From positions 9,465-73,464 of the forward strand of contig JBIOWP010000053.1 of the NCBI GenBank assembly GCA_044868695.1: a stretch of 64,000 nt of DNA, given 5' to 3'. This document shows, one piece after another, positions 46,367 to 56,471 of this stretch; within the stretch, counting starts at the first letter, position 1, and each line of letters begins with the position of its first letter. The stretch is from a bacterium. Lineage in GTDB: Bacteria; Sysuimicrobiota; Sysuimicrobiia; Sysuimicrobiales; Kaftiobacteriaceae. The notes under the pieces were generated by a model. It did not search any database, was not told where the DNA came from, and was given only the letters and a program-made list of their open reading frames with translations. Position numbers and translations under genes: made by a program.

Positions 46367-48139
46367 ATGAACATGGTCGCACGCAAGTTGACGGTCGTCT
46401 GCGCCCTCGCGCTGATTGGGCTGCTCGGCGCGGCGGCCATCCCCCCGCAGGCCCGAGCACAACTGGGACTGCCGCTGCTGGGCAGCCTGGTCGTGACGAT
46501 CACCTCCCCCGCGTCCGGGTCGACGGTGAGCGGGACGAGGACGGTCAGTGCAGGCGTCACCATCATCGGCAGCCTCCTGGTCTCCGGGGTCCAGTTCAAA
46601 TTGGACGGCACCAACCTCGGGGCCGAGGATACCAGCAGCCAATACTCCATCTCATGGAACACGACCGCTGTGAGCAACGGGTGGCATACGCTGACGGCGG
46701 TTGCGCGAGACGCCCTCGGCATACGGTGGACCTCCGATCCGGTGGCGGTTCGAGTGCTCAACGACACGATGCCCCCCATGGTGACGATCTCGTTTCCAGC
46801 TTCCGGAGCGGCGGTCGCCGATACGATCACGGTAACGGCCGCAGTGTCGGACAACGTGGGCGTCATCGGCGTACAGTTCAAGGTCGACGGGGCGAACCTT
46901 GGCCCTGAGGATACTACGGCGCCGGAAGAGGCAATCTGGGACACGACGCAGTTCAGCAACGGTCCGCATACGCTGACGGCAGTGGCGCGGGACTCGGCAG
47001 GCAACCGGGCGACGTCTGCGGGCGTTATGGTGACGGTCGCGAATGCGCCGCCTCCGCCTGCGGACACGACGTCCCCGACGGTGGCGATCACATCGCCAAG
47101 CAGCGGAGAGTCGGTGTCGGAGACGGTGGCCGTCATGGCCGATGCGTTCGACGACGTCGGCGTCGTGGGTGTGGAGTTCTTTGACGGCTCGACGCTGATC
47201 GGCGACGACACCACGGCGCCACACACGGTCTCCTGGGATACGACCGCCGTGAGCAACGGCTCCCATAGCCTGACCGCGGTAGCGCGAGACGCCGCGGGCA
47301 ACCGGACCACGTCCGAGGCGGTGACGGTGACGGTGTCCAACGCGGCGCCCCCGCCGGTGACGGTCACGCGCTTCGAAGAAGAGCGGACGGATGTCATTAC
47401 GTACACCAGCGGCTGGGTCCTGGATACCAGCCGGACCTGGAGCGGCGGGGCCGCGGGAACTGCGATGACCGCGGGCGCGACGGCGGTGTTCACCTTCACC
47501 GGCCCGTCGGTCAACTGGATCGGCTTCCGCGGGCCGGTGGCCGGTATCGCTAGCGTCTCTCTGGATGGCGCCCCCGCGATCGAGATCGATCTGTTTTCAC
47601 CTACGGAGGAGATCAGGGCGGTCGTCTTCTCCGCGAGGGACCTTGCCAACACGGTCCATACGCTGGCGATCGAAGTGACCGGGACGGGCAACGCGGCTGC
47701 CACGGGTGTCGCTGTCGTGATCGATGCATTCGACGTCCCCGGGCCGACGGTGGCACGAATTCAACAGACGGATCCGTCCGTGACGTACGCCGGGATCTGG
47801 CAGCTGGAGAATGCCGACAGACCGACGACGTATAGCGGAGGAACCGCAGCGGAATCGATCGCCGGTGGGGCTACCGCCACGTTTACCTTCACCGGGCCAT
47901 CCGTCACCTGGATCGGCGCCCGCGGGCCTGTTGCTGGAATCGCCCGCGTCTCTCTGGATGGTGTCTTCGTGGTCGAGGTCGATACGTATTCGCCCCTGGA
48001 AGAGCTTCAGGCGGCCATATTCTCGCGCGACGGTCTGTCCAACACCACCCACACGTTGACGGTTGAGGTGACCGGGCTAAAGAATCCGGCGGCCACGAAT
48101 TTCTTCATCATCGTTGACGCATTTGAAGTCACCTTCTGA
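46367..48139 (+). CDS. secreted protein with four bacterial Ig-like repeats and two C-terminal ~125-aa repeat domains
   Basis: GGGAG RBS. Signal peptide (MNMVARKLTVVCALALIGLLGAAAIPPQARA). Four repeats of ...GV.FK.DG.NLG.EDTT.P....WDTT.VSNG.H.LTAVARDA.GN...S..V.V.V.N. Two repeats of FTFTGPSV.WIG.RGPVAGIA.VSLDG.... Confidence 0.7.
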   Translation: MNMVARKLTVVCALALIGLLGAAAIPPQARAQLGLPLLGSLVVTITSPASGSTVSGTRTVSAGVTIIGSLLVSGVQFKLDGTNLGAEDTSSQYSISWNTTAVSNGWHTLTAVARDALGIRWTSDPVAVRVLNDTMPPMVTISFPASGAAVADTITVTAAVSDNVGVIGVQFKVDGANLGPEDTTAPEEAIWDTTQFSNGPHTLTAVARDSAGNRATSAGVMVTVANAPPPPADTTSPTVAITSPSSGESVSETVAVMADAFDDVGVVGVEFFDGSTLIGDDTTAPHTVSWDTTAVSNGSHSLTAVARDAAGNRTTSEAVTVTVSNAAPPPVTVTRFEEERTDVITYTSGWVLDTSRTWSGGAAGTAMTAGATAVFTFTGPSVNWIGFRGPVAGIASVSLDGAPAIEIDLFSPTEEIRAVVFSARDLANTVHTLAIEVTGTGNAAATGVAVVIDAFDVPGPTVARIQQTDPSVTYAGIWQLENADRPTTYSGGTAAESIAGGATATFTFTGPSVTWIGARGPVAGIARVSLDGVFVVEVDTYSPLEELQAAIFSRDGLSNTTHTLTVEVTGLKNPAATNFFIIVDAFEVTF

Positions 48140-48148
48140 GGATCTGCC

Positions 48149-50098
48149 ATGTGCGGCATTGCCGGTAGTGTCCAGCTCAATCCACGTGACGCCGTTGACG
48201 ACGCGCGCCTGGTGCGCATGCGGGACGCCCTGCGCCACCGCGGCCCCGACGATGCGGGGGTGTGGATCGACGGGCCGGTCGGGCTCGCGAGCCGGCGGCT
48301 GTCCATCGTCGATGTCGCCGGCGGCCACCAGCCCATGGCCAACGAGGACGGCTCCGTGTGGATTGTCTACAACGGGGAGTTGTACAACCACCTGGACCTC
48401 CGGCCCCGGCTGGAAGCGCGGGGGCATCGCTACCGAACGCGGTCCGACACCGAGACCATTCTCCACCTCTACGAGGAAGAAGGCGAGCGCTGCGTCGAGT
48501 CGCTGCGAGGGATGTTCGCATTTGCGATCTGGGACCGCGCGCGCGGGCGGCTGCTCCTGGCGCGGGACCGGCTCGGGATCAAGCCTCTCTACTACGCGGT
48601 GACGGATGAGGAACTGCTCTTTGGGTCAGAGATCAAGGCGATCCTGGCGGCAGGCGTGCGGGCCGCGCTTCACGAGGGGATCCTCCCGGAGATGCTCGCC
48701 ACGCGCTACGTCTCCGGGGAGGAGACGCTGTTCCGCGGCATCCGCAAGCTGCTGCCGGGCCGCACCCTCTCCTGGTCGCCTGGGGAACCGCTCGAACAAC
48801 GGCGCTACTGGCGGCTGCCCGGCGCGATCGACGAGGCGCCGGTCCGCCTTGAGGACCGGGTCCCCGCACTGCGCGAGCGGCTGACCGGAGCCGTCCGAAG
48901 CCACCTAATGAGCGATGTTCCCCTCGGCGTGTTCCTGTCTGGCGGACTCGATTCGAGCGGGATCGCCGCGCTCATGGCAACCATGGTGGCCGATCCGATC
49001 CGCACGTTCGCTGTGGGGTTCGCCGACCCGAGCGCGAACGAGCTGGAGTACGCGCGGCTGGTCGCGCGCTCAATCGGCGCACAGCACCACGAGGTCGTCG
49101 TGTCTCCGGAGCAGTTTTTCGCGGCTCTCCCGCGCCTGATCTGGCACGAGGACGAACCCATCGCGTTCCCCTCCAGCGTGCCCCTGTACTTCGTCTCGCG
49201 CCTGGCGTCCGAGCAGGGCGTCAAGGTGGTCCTCACGGGGGAAGGCGCCGACGAGCTCTTCCTGGGATACCCGCCATACACGGCGACGACGTGGAACGAG
49301 CAGCTGGGCCGGATCTACCGGGCGCTGACCCCTCGGGCGGTGCGGACCGCGATCCGCGGTGCGATCCCGTCCCTTCCCGTGCGTGTGCGCCGCTACGCGC
49401 GCCGGTCGTTCCTCGCGCTGGAGCCGACACCTCGGGAGATGGTCTGCGAGAACTTTGCGGTGTTTCCAACGGCAATGCAGCAGGGCTTGCTCACCGACGG
49501 GCTGCTCGACGGGCGTGATCCGTATGAGGACAAACTCCGGTACTTCACGGAGGCCCCTGGCGCCACGCTGGAGCGGATGAGCCACGCCGACCTCCAGACT
49601 TACCTTGTCGAGCTCCTGATGAAGCAGGACCAGATGAGCATGGCGGCGTCGGTTGAAAGCCGGGTGCCGTATCTGGACCACGAACTGGTCGAGTACGCGG
49701 CCGCGCTGCCGGCCCACGTCAAGCTCCGAGGATGGCACACAAAGATCGTGCTTCGGGAGGCGCTGCGCGATCTGGTGCCGCACGAGATCCTCGCCCGTCG
49801 CAAGATGGGGTTCCCGGTGCCCGTAGGGCAGTGGCTCCGAGGGCCGTTCTGGCCCGTCGTGGAGGAGTTTGTGCTGAGCTCTCGCGCGATGTCCCGGGGC
49901 CTCTTCCAGCCTGCGGGCCTGCGGCGTCTCGCCGAGGAGCATCGCGGCGGGCGCTGGCAGCACGACGAGCGGCTGTGGCTCCTGGTGAACCTGGAGATCT
50001 GGCAGCGGACCTTCCTGGATGGCGAGGAACCGGCCCTGGGACCACAGCTGTTGTCGACCCCCGATCTCGATACCATAGCGATGGAGGCCGATCGATGA
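48149..50098 (+). CDS. asparagine synthase (glutamine-hydrolysing) family amidotransferase (AsnB/WbpS-like)
   Basis: N-terminal MCGIAG glutaminase nucleophile and PP-loop VFLSGGLDSSGIAAL. Confidence 0.9.
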   Translation: MCGIAGSVQLNPRDAVDDARLVRMRDALRHRGPDDAGVWIDGPVGLASRRLSIVDVAGGHQPMANEDGSVWIVYNGELYNHLDLRPRLEARGHRYRTRSDTETILHLYEEEGERCVESLRGMFAFAIWDRARGRLLLARDRLGIKPLYYAVTDEELLFGSEIKAILAAGVRAALHEGILPEMLATRYVSGEETLFRGIRKLLPGRTLSWSPGEPLEQRRYWRLPGAIDEAPVRLEDRVPALRERLTGAVRSHLMSDVPLGVFLSGGLDSSGIAALMATMVADPIRTFAVGFADPSANELEYARLVARSIGAQHHEVVVSPEQFFAALPRLIWHEDEPIAFPSSVPLYFVSRLASEQGVKVVLTGEGADELFLGYPPYTATTWNEQLGRIYRALTPRAVRTAIRGAIPSLPVRVRRYARRSFLALEPTPREMVCENFAVFPTAMQQGLLTDGLLDGRDPYEDKLRYFTEAPGATLERMSHADLQTYLVELLMKQDQMSMAASVESRVPYLDHELVEYAAALPAHVKLRGWHTKIVLREALRDLVPHEILARRKMGFPVPVGQWLRGPFWPVVEEFVLSSRAMSRGLFQPAGLRRLAEEHRGGRWQHDERLWLLVNLEIWQRTFLDGEEPALGPQLLSTPDLDTIAMEADR

Positions 50099-51669
50099 TG
50101 CAGTTCGCCGTATTCAGTTTGGCCGGCGCGCTCGTCGCCTTGATGGCGCCGGGGCTCCCGGCAGGCCGGACAGCTGCGGTCTTAGGGGCACCACCACCCG
50201 AGCGGATCGTCAGAGTGCTGGCGGGCGCGGATCTTCAAGCAGTCCTCGACGCGGCGCGGCCCGGCGACTTTATCGAGCTGCCCGCCGGAGCAACATTCCG
50301 CGGGAGCTTTGTTCTGCCGAACAAGCCTATCGTCACATCGGGCCGGCAGTGGATTGTCATCTACTCCTCCGCGCTCTGGCGGCTCCCGCCGCCCGGCACT
50401 CCGCTTGTGCCAGCGGTGCATGCGCAGCTCATGCCCAAGATCGTGAGCGACAACGGGGATCCGGCGATCCGTGTGGCGGCCGGAGCGCACCACTACATGC
50501 TCGCCGGCCTTGAGGTGACGACCACGAGCGCATCCCTCCTCGACCTGGTCTACCTGGATTTTCCAGGGCAGAGGGTCGAGCAGATCCCGACCGACATCAC
50601 CCTGTATCGATGCTACATCCATGGCAATGCCACCGGGGATATCCGCCGCGGTGTGGCCCTCAACGGCGCCCGTCTGGCAGTGATTGGTTCGTATGTCTCG
50701 GACTTCCATCACCGGAGCGAGGATTCGCACGCGATCCAGGGGTGGAATGGCCCCGGCCCGTTCAGGATTATCGGCAATTACCTGGAGGCCGCGGGGGTGA
50801 ACGTCATGTTCGGTGGGGAGGACCCGACGATCGACGGCCTCGTCCCCTCCAGCATCGAGGTCCGGGGCAATCACTTCTTCAAACCCCTCACATGGCGCGA
50901 TGGGCCCTGGAGCGTCAAGAACCTCTTCGAGCTCAAGAACGCCCGCGGGGTGCTGGTCGAAGGCAACATCTTTGAGAACAACTGGGCTCAAACCCAGCAC
51001 GGGTTCGCCCTCGTGCTCACGCCACGGAATCAAAGCAACACCGCGCCGTGGTCGGAAGTCTCTTCCGTCACCATCACGAACAACATCATCCGTCACGCGA
51101 CGGCGGGCGTTAACATCTTGGGCTCGGACGACATCCATATCAGCGAGAAGACCAGACGGATCCTCATACGGAACAACCTGTTCGAAGATATCGGCGCATT
51201 CCCCGGGGAGCTCCCTGATGTCGGAGTGCTGTTCCTCGTGTCCGACGGACCCGAGGAACTGGTCATTGACCACAACACCGCCGTTCACACCGCGAACCCG
51301 ATCAGGGCCACCACCCTAAATCAGACCGTGAACCAATGGCCGTCAACGGGGTTCATCTTTACGAACAACATCGTGTTCAACAACGGGGGGGTGAGTGGGA
51401 ATGGAACCCCGCTGGAGACCCTCCGGACGTGGTTCTCCGGATTTGTCTTTGTCCGGAACGTGCTCATCGGCGGAGATGCGACGCAGTACCTTCCGGATGC
51501 CCCCGACAATTTCTTTCCGGCGTTGGTAGATGACGTAGGCTTCACCGATCTTTCCGGGAGCGACTACCAGCTTGCCCCGACCAGCCCGTTCCGCAGCATG
51601 GGCACCGACGGGGAGGATATCGGAGTTGATCTCGACGCCCTCACGGCAGTGTTGCTCCGGTGGTGGTGA
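50095..51669 (+). CDS. secreted right-handed parallel beta-helix protein, paralog 1 of 3
   Basis: Signal peptide. Asn-ladder repeats (ITNNIIRHATAGVNI, LIRNNLFEDIG, VIDHNTAVHT, FIFTNNIVFNNGGV). Conserved blocks shared with 57159 and the N-terminus of 60158 (AGxDLQAxLxAARPGDxIxLxAGATF, GWNGPGPF, FELKNARxVLVEGNxFENNWAQTQ). Confidence 0.7.
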   Translation: MMQFAVFSLAGALVALMAPGLPAGRTAAVLGAPPPERIVRVLAGADLQAVLDAARPGDFIELPAGATFRGSFVLPNKPIVTSGRQWIVIYSSALWRLPPPGTPLVPAVHAQLMPKIVSDNGDPAIRVAAGAHHYMLAGLEVTTTSASLLDLVYLDFPGQRVEQIPTDITLYRCYIHGNATGDIRRGVALNGARLAVIGSYVSDFHHRSEDSHAIQGWNGPGPFRIIGNYLEAAGVNVMFGGEDPTIDGLVPSSIEVRGNHFFKPLTWRDGPWSVKNLFELKNARGVLVEGNIFENNWAQTQHGFALVLTPRNQSNTAPWSEVSSVTITNNIIRHATAGVNILGSDDIHISEKTRRILIRNNLFEDIGAFPGELPDVGVLFLVSDGPEELVIDHNTAVHTANPIRATTLNQTVNQWPSTGFIFTNNIVFNNGGVSGNGTPLETLRTWFSGFVFVRNVLIGGDATQYLPDAPDNFFPALVDDVGFTDLSGSDYQLAPTSPFRSMGTDGEDIGVDLDALTAVLLRWW

Positions 51670-51672
51670 CGG

Positions 51673-52884
51673 ATGCGGATCCTCTGGGTAAACGTCGGCG
51701 GGTTGTGGCCGCCGAACACCGGCGGACGCCTGCGGAGCTACCACATCCTCTCTGAGCTCTCGCGCCGTCACCGCGTGATTGTGGCGACGACCCACGGGGC
51801 GCAAGATGATCCGGAGGGGCTTGCGGCCGCGCTGCCACAGTGTGACCGTGTGATCTCGGTTCCCCATGCCGCCTCCAAGCCGGGGGATGCGCGCTTCACG
51901 GCCGCCCTGCTCAGATCTTGGCTGTCCCCCCGTCCTGTGCACTTCTGGCGATGGCGCGTCCCCGCGCTGCGTCGCCGGGTGGAGGATATGCTGTCACGTG
52001 GGGCCGTGGATCTCTGCGTGGGCGACTTCCTCAACGCCATGCCGAACATTCCCACAGCGCGCCCCACGCCAATCGTGTTCTTTGCCCACAACGTCGAGCA
52101 TGTTATCTGGAAGCGGATGGGTCGCATCGAACGCCGCCCCTGGTGGCGTGCCGCGCTAGCGATGGAGTGGCGGAAGATACGCCGCTGGGAAGGCCGGACC
52201 TGCGCCCAGGCCAGCCTGACCATTGCCGTCTCCGAGCTCGATCGGGACCTGCTGGCCGCGCTGGCCCCCGGGGCGCGCGTGGGCGCGGTTCCCACCGGCG
52301 TTGACCCCGAATACTTCGCTCCAAACGGGGTCCGAGAAGTCCCCACGCATCTCGTCTTTACGGGGTCGATGGATTGGTACCCGAACGAAGACGCGATGCT
52401 GCACTTCATCGAGGCGATTCTGCCCTCTATCCGCCGGGAGATGCCGGCTGTGTCCTTGACCGTGGCGGGCCGCAACCCGACGCCCCGGCTGCGGGCGGCA
52501 GCCGCCTCCGCGGCTGTTCGGGTCACGGGCACCGTGGACGACATCCGCCCCTTTGTGGGCGAGGCGGCCGTCTACGTGGTGCCGCTGCGGGTCGGCGGGG
52601 GAACGCGACTCAAGCTGTTCGAGGCGCTGGCGATGGGGAAGGCGGTCGTCTCGACCGCCGTCGGCGCCGAAGGGCTCCCGCTGACCTCCGGAGCGCACTT
52701 CATTCAGGCCGATGCGCCGGCCGACTTCGCCCGCGCAGTCCTGTCGTTACTCCGGGACCCTGGGCAGCGGAAGATGCTCGGTGCCGCCGGGCGCCGGCTG
52801 GTCGAGGAACGGTACTCGTGGCCGGTGGTGGCGAGGCAGTTCGAAGCACGATGTGCGGAGGTGGTGGCGGGCCATGCGCGTTAG
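51673..52884 (+). CDS. glycosyltransferase family 4 (EpsH1/PEP-CTERM-associated stp1-like)
   Basis: GT-B C-terminal domain (EAAVYVVPLRVGGGTRLKLFEALAMGKAVVSTAVGAEGL). Paralog of 58874. Confidence 0.8.
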   Translation: MRILWVNVGGLWPPNTGGRLRSYHILSELSRRHRVIVATTHGAQDDPEGLAAALPQCDRVISVPHAASKPGDARFTAALLRSWLSPRPVHFWRWRVPALRRRVEDMLSRGAVDLCVGDFLNAMPNIPTARPTPIVFFAHNVEHVIWKRMGRIERRPWWRAALAMEWRKIRRWEGRTCAQASLTIAVSELDRDLLAALAPGARVGAVPTGVDPEYFAPNGVREVPTHLVFTGSMDWYPNEDAMLHFIEAILPSIRREMPAVSLTVAGRNPTPRLRAAAASAAVRVTGTVDDIRPFVGEAAVYVVPLRVGGGTRLKLFEALAMGKAVVSTAVGAEGLPLTSGAHFIQADAPADFARAVLSLLRDPGQRKMLGAAGRRLVEERYSWPVVARQFEARCAEVVAGHAR

Positions 52885-54223
52885 CGTTTTCGGACTCGGC
52901 TACGTCGGCTGCGTGACCGCGGCCGGGCTGGCCCAGGCCGGGCACCAGGTGATCGGCGTCGACGTGAATGCGGAAAAGGTGGCGATGGTCAACGCCGGCA
53001 CCTCCCCGATCGTAGAGCCGGGGCTGGGCGAGCTGCTGGCCCATGTCGTGAGAGAGGGGCAGCTGCGCGCGACGGTCGACGGCGCCCAGGCCGTGCGTGA
53101 GACCGACCTGGCGTTGATCTGTGTAGGAACGCCGAGCCGCGCGAACGGGAGCCCCGACGTGACGGCTCTCGAGCAGGTCAGCCGGGAGATCGGGCGCGCG
53201 CTCCGCACGCGCACCAGCGCGTACACCGTGGTGCTGCGCAGCACGGTCCTGCCGGGGACAACCGAGGGCGTGGTGCTCCCCGCCCTGGACCAGGGCGCAG
53301 GGCACCTGCTCGACGGCGCACTCCGGGTGGTCGTGAATCCGGAGTTCATGCGCGAAGGCTCGTCGCTGCGCGACTTTGCTGAGCCGCCGTTCGTCCTGGT
53401 CGGGTGCGCGGACCCGGCGACTGCGTCGCAGCTACGAACCCTTTATGAGGGGATCGCTGCGCCGTTTGTGGAGACCTCAGTGCGGAACGCGGAAATGGTC
53501 AAGTATGTCTCCAACGCGTTCCACGCGCTGAAAGTGTGCTTCGCCAACGAGATTGGTGACGTCTGCGAGGCGGTAGGCGTGGACGCGCAGGAGGTGATGC
53601 GCGTCTTTCTGATGGATCGGAAGCTCAACGTCTCTGAGGCGTATCTGCGCCCCGGGTTCGCGTTCGGTGGGTCGTGTCTCCCCAAAGACCTGCGGGCCCT
53701 TCTGTCCGCGGCACGGACCGCGGATGTGACATCCCCGCTGCTCTCGGCGGTTCTCCCCTCCAACGAGGCGCAGATCCGCAGGGCGGTGGATGCTGTGCTG
53801 GCCGCACGCAAGCGGCGCATCGGCGTCGTGGGGCTGGCGTTCAAGCCAGGTACAGACGATCTGCGCGAGAGCCCGATGGTGGCGCTGGTGGAGACCCTGA
53901 TCGGCAAGGGGCTGGACGTGCGCATCGTGGATTCCGCCGTTGCGGTGGCGCGGCTGGTCGGCGCGAACCGCCGCTACATTGAGGAGGAGATCCCGCATAT
54001 CGCCTCCTTGATGTGCGAGAGCGTCGACGACGTAGTGACGCACGCGGAAGTGCTCGTGATCGGCAGCATTAGCGGCGAGTCGGCGCGCGCGCTGGCTTCG
54101 TCGCGAGGCGAGCAGACGGTGATCGACCTCACGAGGCGGGCCCTCCAGCGGTTGCCTCACCCCGTCGCGTCCTCGCACGCGTCAGGTGGAGGGCAGCCTG
54201 CGGGGGTCCGGAGAGATTCATGA
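52874..54223 (+). CDS. GDP-mannose 6-dehydrogenase-like nucleotide-sugar dehydrogenase (AlgD/UDP-Glc-DH family)
   Basis: MRVSVFGLGYVGCVTAAGLAQAGHQVIGVDV...SPIVEPGL...ICVGTPS closely follows the AlgD N-terminal pattern. Catalytic region GGSCLPKD. Confidence 0.85.
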   Translation: MRVSVFGLGYVGCVTAAGLAQAGHQVIGVDVNAEKVAMVNAGTSPIVEPGLGELLAHVVREGQLRATVDGAQAVRETDLALICVGTPSRANGSPDVTALEQVSREIGRALRTRTSAYTVVLRSTVLPGTTEGVVLPALDQGAGHLLDGALRVVVNPEFMREGSSLRDFAEPPFVLVGCADPATASQLRTLYEGIAAPFVETSVRNAEMVKYVSNAFHALKVCFANEIGDVCEAVGVDAQEVMRVFLMDRKLNVSEAYLRPGFAFGGSCLPKDLRALLSAARTADVTSPLLSAVLPSNEAQIRRAVDAVLAARKRRIGVVGLAFKPGTDDLRESPMVALVETLIGKGLDVRIVDSAVAVARLVGANRRYIEEEIPHIASLMCESVDDVVTHAEVLVIGSISGESARALASSRGEQTVIDLTRRALQRLPHPVASSHASGGGQPAGVRRDS

Positions 54224-55218
54224 CGCGCATCCTGGTCACAGGGGCTGGCGGGTTCATCGGGCATCACCTTGCCCGATTCCTCTTCGGTCGGGGCCACTGG
54301 GTCCGGGGCGTGGATCTCCATCGGCCGCAGTATGAGCCAAGCGATGCGCACGAGTTCGACGAGATGGACCTGAGACGTTGGGACAACTGCCTGCTGGCGA
54401 CTCAGGACGTGGACGAAATCTACCATCTAGCGGCGGACATGGGTGGGATCGGGTACATTACCGTCAACCACGCGGAGGTCGCGCGCAACAACGCGTTGGT
54501 CGACACGCACTTGCTCGAAGCCGCCCGTCTCAACGGTGTGGGGCGCTTCTTCTTTTCCAGCTCGGCATGCGTGTACGCGCAGACCCGTCAGGACTCGCCT
54601 GACGCGGCGCCGCTGCGGGAGGCAGACGCCTACCCGGCTGCGCCCGAAGAGGGGTATGGCTGGGAGAAGCTCTTTGCGGAGCGGCAGTGCCAGTATTATC
54701 GCGAGGATTTTGGGCTCCAGACGCGGGTAGCAAGGTTTCACAACGTCTACGGGCCGCTCGGGACGTATGACGGAGGGAGGGAGAAGGCGCCCGCTGCCAT
54801 TTGCCGCAAGGTGGCGCTCGCCTGCGACGGGGACCACATCGATGTGTGGGGTGATGGCCAGCAGACCCGCTCCTTTATGTATGTGGACGACTGCGTCGAG
54901 GGGATCTACCGGTTGATGCAGTCAGACTATCCGCATCCGCTGAACCTCGGCACCGACCGGCTTGTCCACATCAATGAGCTTGTGGACATGGTGTGCAAGA
55001 TTGCCGGAAAGTCCGTCCGGATGCGCCATGTGCCCGATCAACCGCAGGGCGTGCGCGGACGCAACAGCGACAACACGCGCCTGCGGCAGGTCCTCGGATG
55101 GGAGCCTGCCGTGCCGCTGGAGGAAGGCCTCACGCGAACCTACCGGTGGATCGAAAGTGAACTTAGGCGCGCAGGTCGGCTTCCCGAGATCGTCGAGGCT
55201 GTGTCGCGTAGCTCCTAA
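54220..55218 (+). CDS. NAD-dependent epimerase/dehydratase (extended SDR)
   Basis: TGAGGFIGHHL Rossmann motif and the catalytic YGWEK (YxxxK). Confidence 0.85.
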   Translation: MTRILVTGAGGFIGHHLARFLFGRGHWVRGVDLHRPQYEPSDAHEFDEMDLRRWDNCLLATQDVDEIYHLAADMGGIGYITVNHAEVARNNALVDTHLLEAARLNGVGRFFFSSSACVYAQTRQDSPDAAPLREADAYPAAPEEGYGWEKLFAERQCQYYREDFGLQTRVARFHNVYGPLGTYDGGREKAPAAICRKVALACDGDHIDVWGDGQQTRSFMYVDDCVEGIYRLMQSDYPHPLNLGTDRLVHINELVDMVCKIAGKSVRMRHVPDQPQGVRGRNSDNTRLRQVLGWEPAVPLEEGLTRTYRWIESELRRAGRLPEIVEAVSRSS

Positions 55219-55220
55219 TC

Positions 55221-56459
55221 ATGCGGGGCCACATCCTGGTCGTGAATCAGTACTTCCCCCCTGACGTGGCGTCGACGGGTCTCCTGGCCGCCGAGATCAG
55301 CGCCGCCGTGGCGGCGCAAGGGGTGCAGGTCACGGTCGTTGCAGGTCAGCCCAGCTATACGTCGGACGCCACCGAGGCACCCGCGGTGGAAACGCAGGGC
55401 AATGTGTGCATACGGCGACTCTCCCTCGGCTCAGCGCGCGGGCGGGAGCGAATGCCCACACGCCTGGAGGGCTACGCCCGATTCCTCTGGGAGGCCCGGC
55501 GTGTCTGCGACGGCCTCGCGAGGTCGACACGTCTCGACGCCGTCGTCACGTTTCACAATCCTCCACTCGTCGGACTCATCGGAGCGCGCCTCGCTGCAGC
55601 GTACCACCTCCCATACACCTATGTGCTGTTCGACATCCACCCGGATGTGTTGAAGGCGGCGGGATGGCCGCGGCTGCCCTGGCCCGTGCTCACGGGATGG
55701 GATTCACTGCATCGGCGTGTGCTATCCGCGGCCGGCGCGATCGTCGTGCATGGCGAGAGTATGCGGACCGTGCTGATTCGCGACAAAGGGATCGCGGCGG
55801 ACAAGGTTCACGCCGTTCCGATGTGGGGACACCCGGAACTTACCCCGGCCCCCAGGGTGAAACAGATTCGTGACTCGTTGGGCATTGATGACGACGTCCT
55901 CCTGCTGGTCTTCGCAGGAAATGTGGGCATCATGCACCCTGTAGATGCGATCCTTGATGCCGCCGTCCGCCTCAGAGGTGCTCCGGTTCGGTTCGCGCTC
56001 GTCGGAGGAGGAGTCAGGCGACAGGCACTCGTTGCCCGCGTCGCCGCGCAACGCCTTGATAACGTCACTGTGCTTTCCTACCTGCCCGAGCAGGAATTCA
56101 GGAGACTGATCCAGAGCGCGGACGCCTGCGTCGTGACATTGATGTCTGGGCTCGAGAGGCTGGCGGTGCCGTCGAGGGCGTTTGCGTTTCTATCCGCCGG
56201 AAAGCCCGTTCTGGCGGTCATGCCCGGGGAGTCGGACATCGGTCGCCTGTGCCTCGAAGGCTGCGGGTGGGTGGTCCGCGACGGAGGACAACTGGAAGAC
56301 GCCGTGCGCCATCTTCTCGCCAATCGAGACGAGCTCGAGCGCCGTGGCAGGACCGCAGTGGAGATCTACCAGGAGAGGTTCAGGAAGGACCGTGGGCTCG
56401 AACAGTACGTCAACGTGATCTTGAGCAATAGCCGCGCCCCCTGTGGCCGTGCGGCGTAG
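55221..56459 (+). CDS. glycosyltransferase family 4 (WcaI-like)
   Basis: GT-B fold with a C-terminal GT4 block (SADACVVTLMSGLERLAVPSRAFAFLSAGKPVLAV). Confidence 0.8.
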   Translation: MRGHILVVNQYFPPDVASTGLLAAEISAAVAAQGVQVTVVAGQPSYTSDATEAPAVETQGNVCIRRLSLGSARGRERMPTRLEGYARFLWEARRVCDGLARSTRLDAVVTFHNPPLVGLIGARLAAAYHLPYTYVLFDIHPDVLKAAGWPRLPWPVLTGWDSLHRRVLSAAGAIVVHGESMRTVLIRDKGIAADKVHAVPMWGHPELTPAPRVKQIRDSLGIDDDVLLLVFAGNVGIMHPVDAILDAAVRLRGAPVRFALVGGGVRRQALVARVAAQRLDNVTVLSYLPEQEFRRLIQSADACVVTLMSGLERLAVPSRAFAFLSAGKPVLAVMPGESDIGRLCLEGCGWVVRDGGQLEDAVRHLLANRDELERRGRTAVEIYQERFRKDRGLEQYVNVILSNSRAPCGRAA

Positions 56460-56471
56460 GAATCAACGGCG

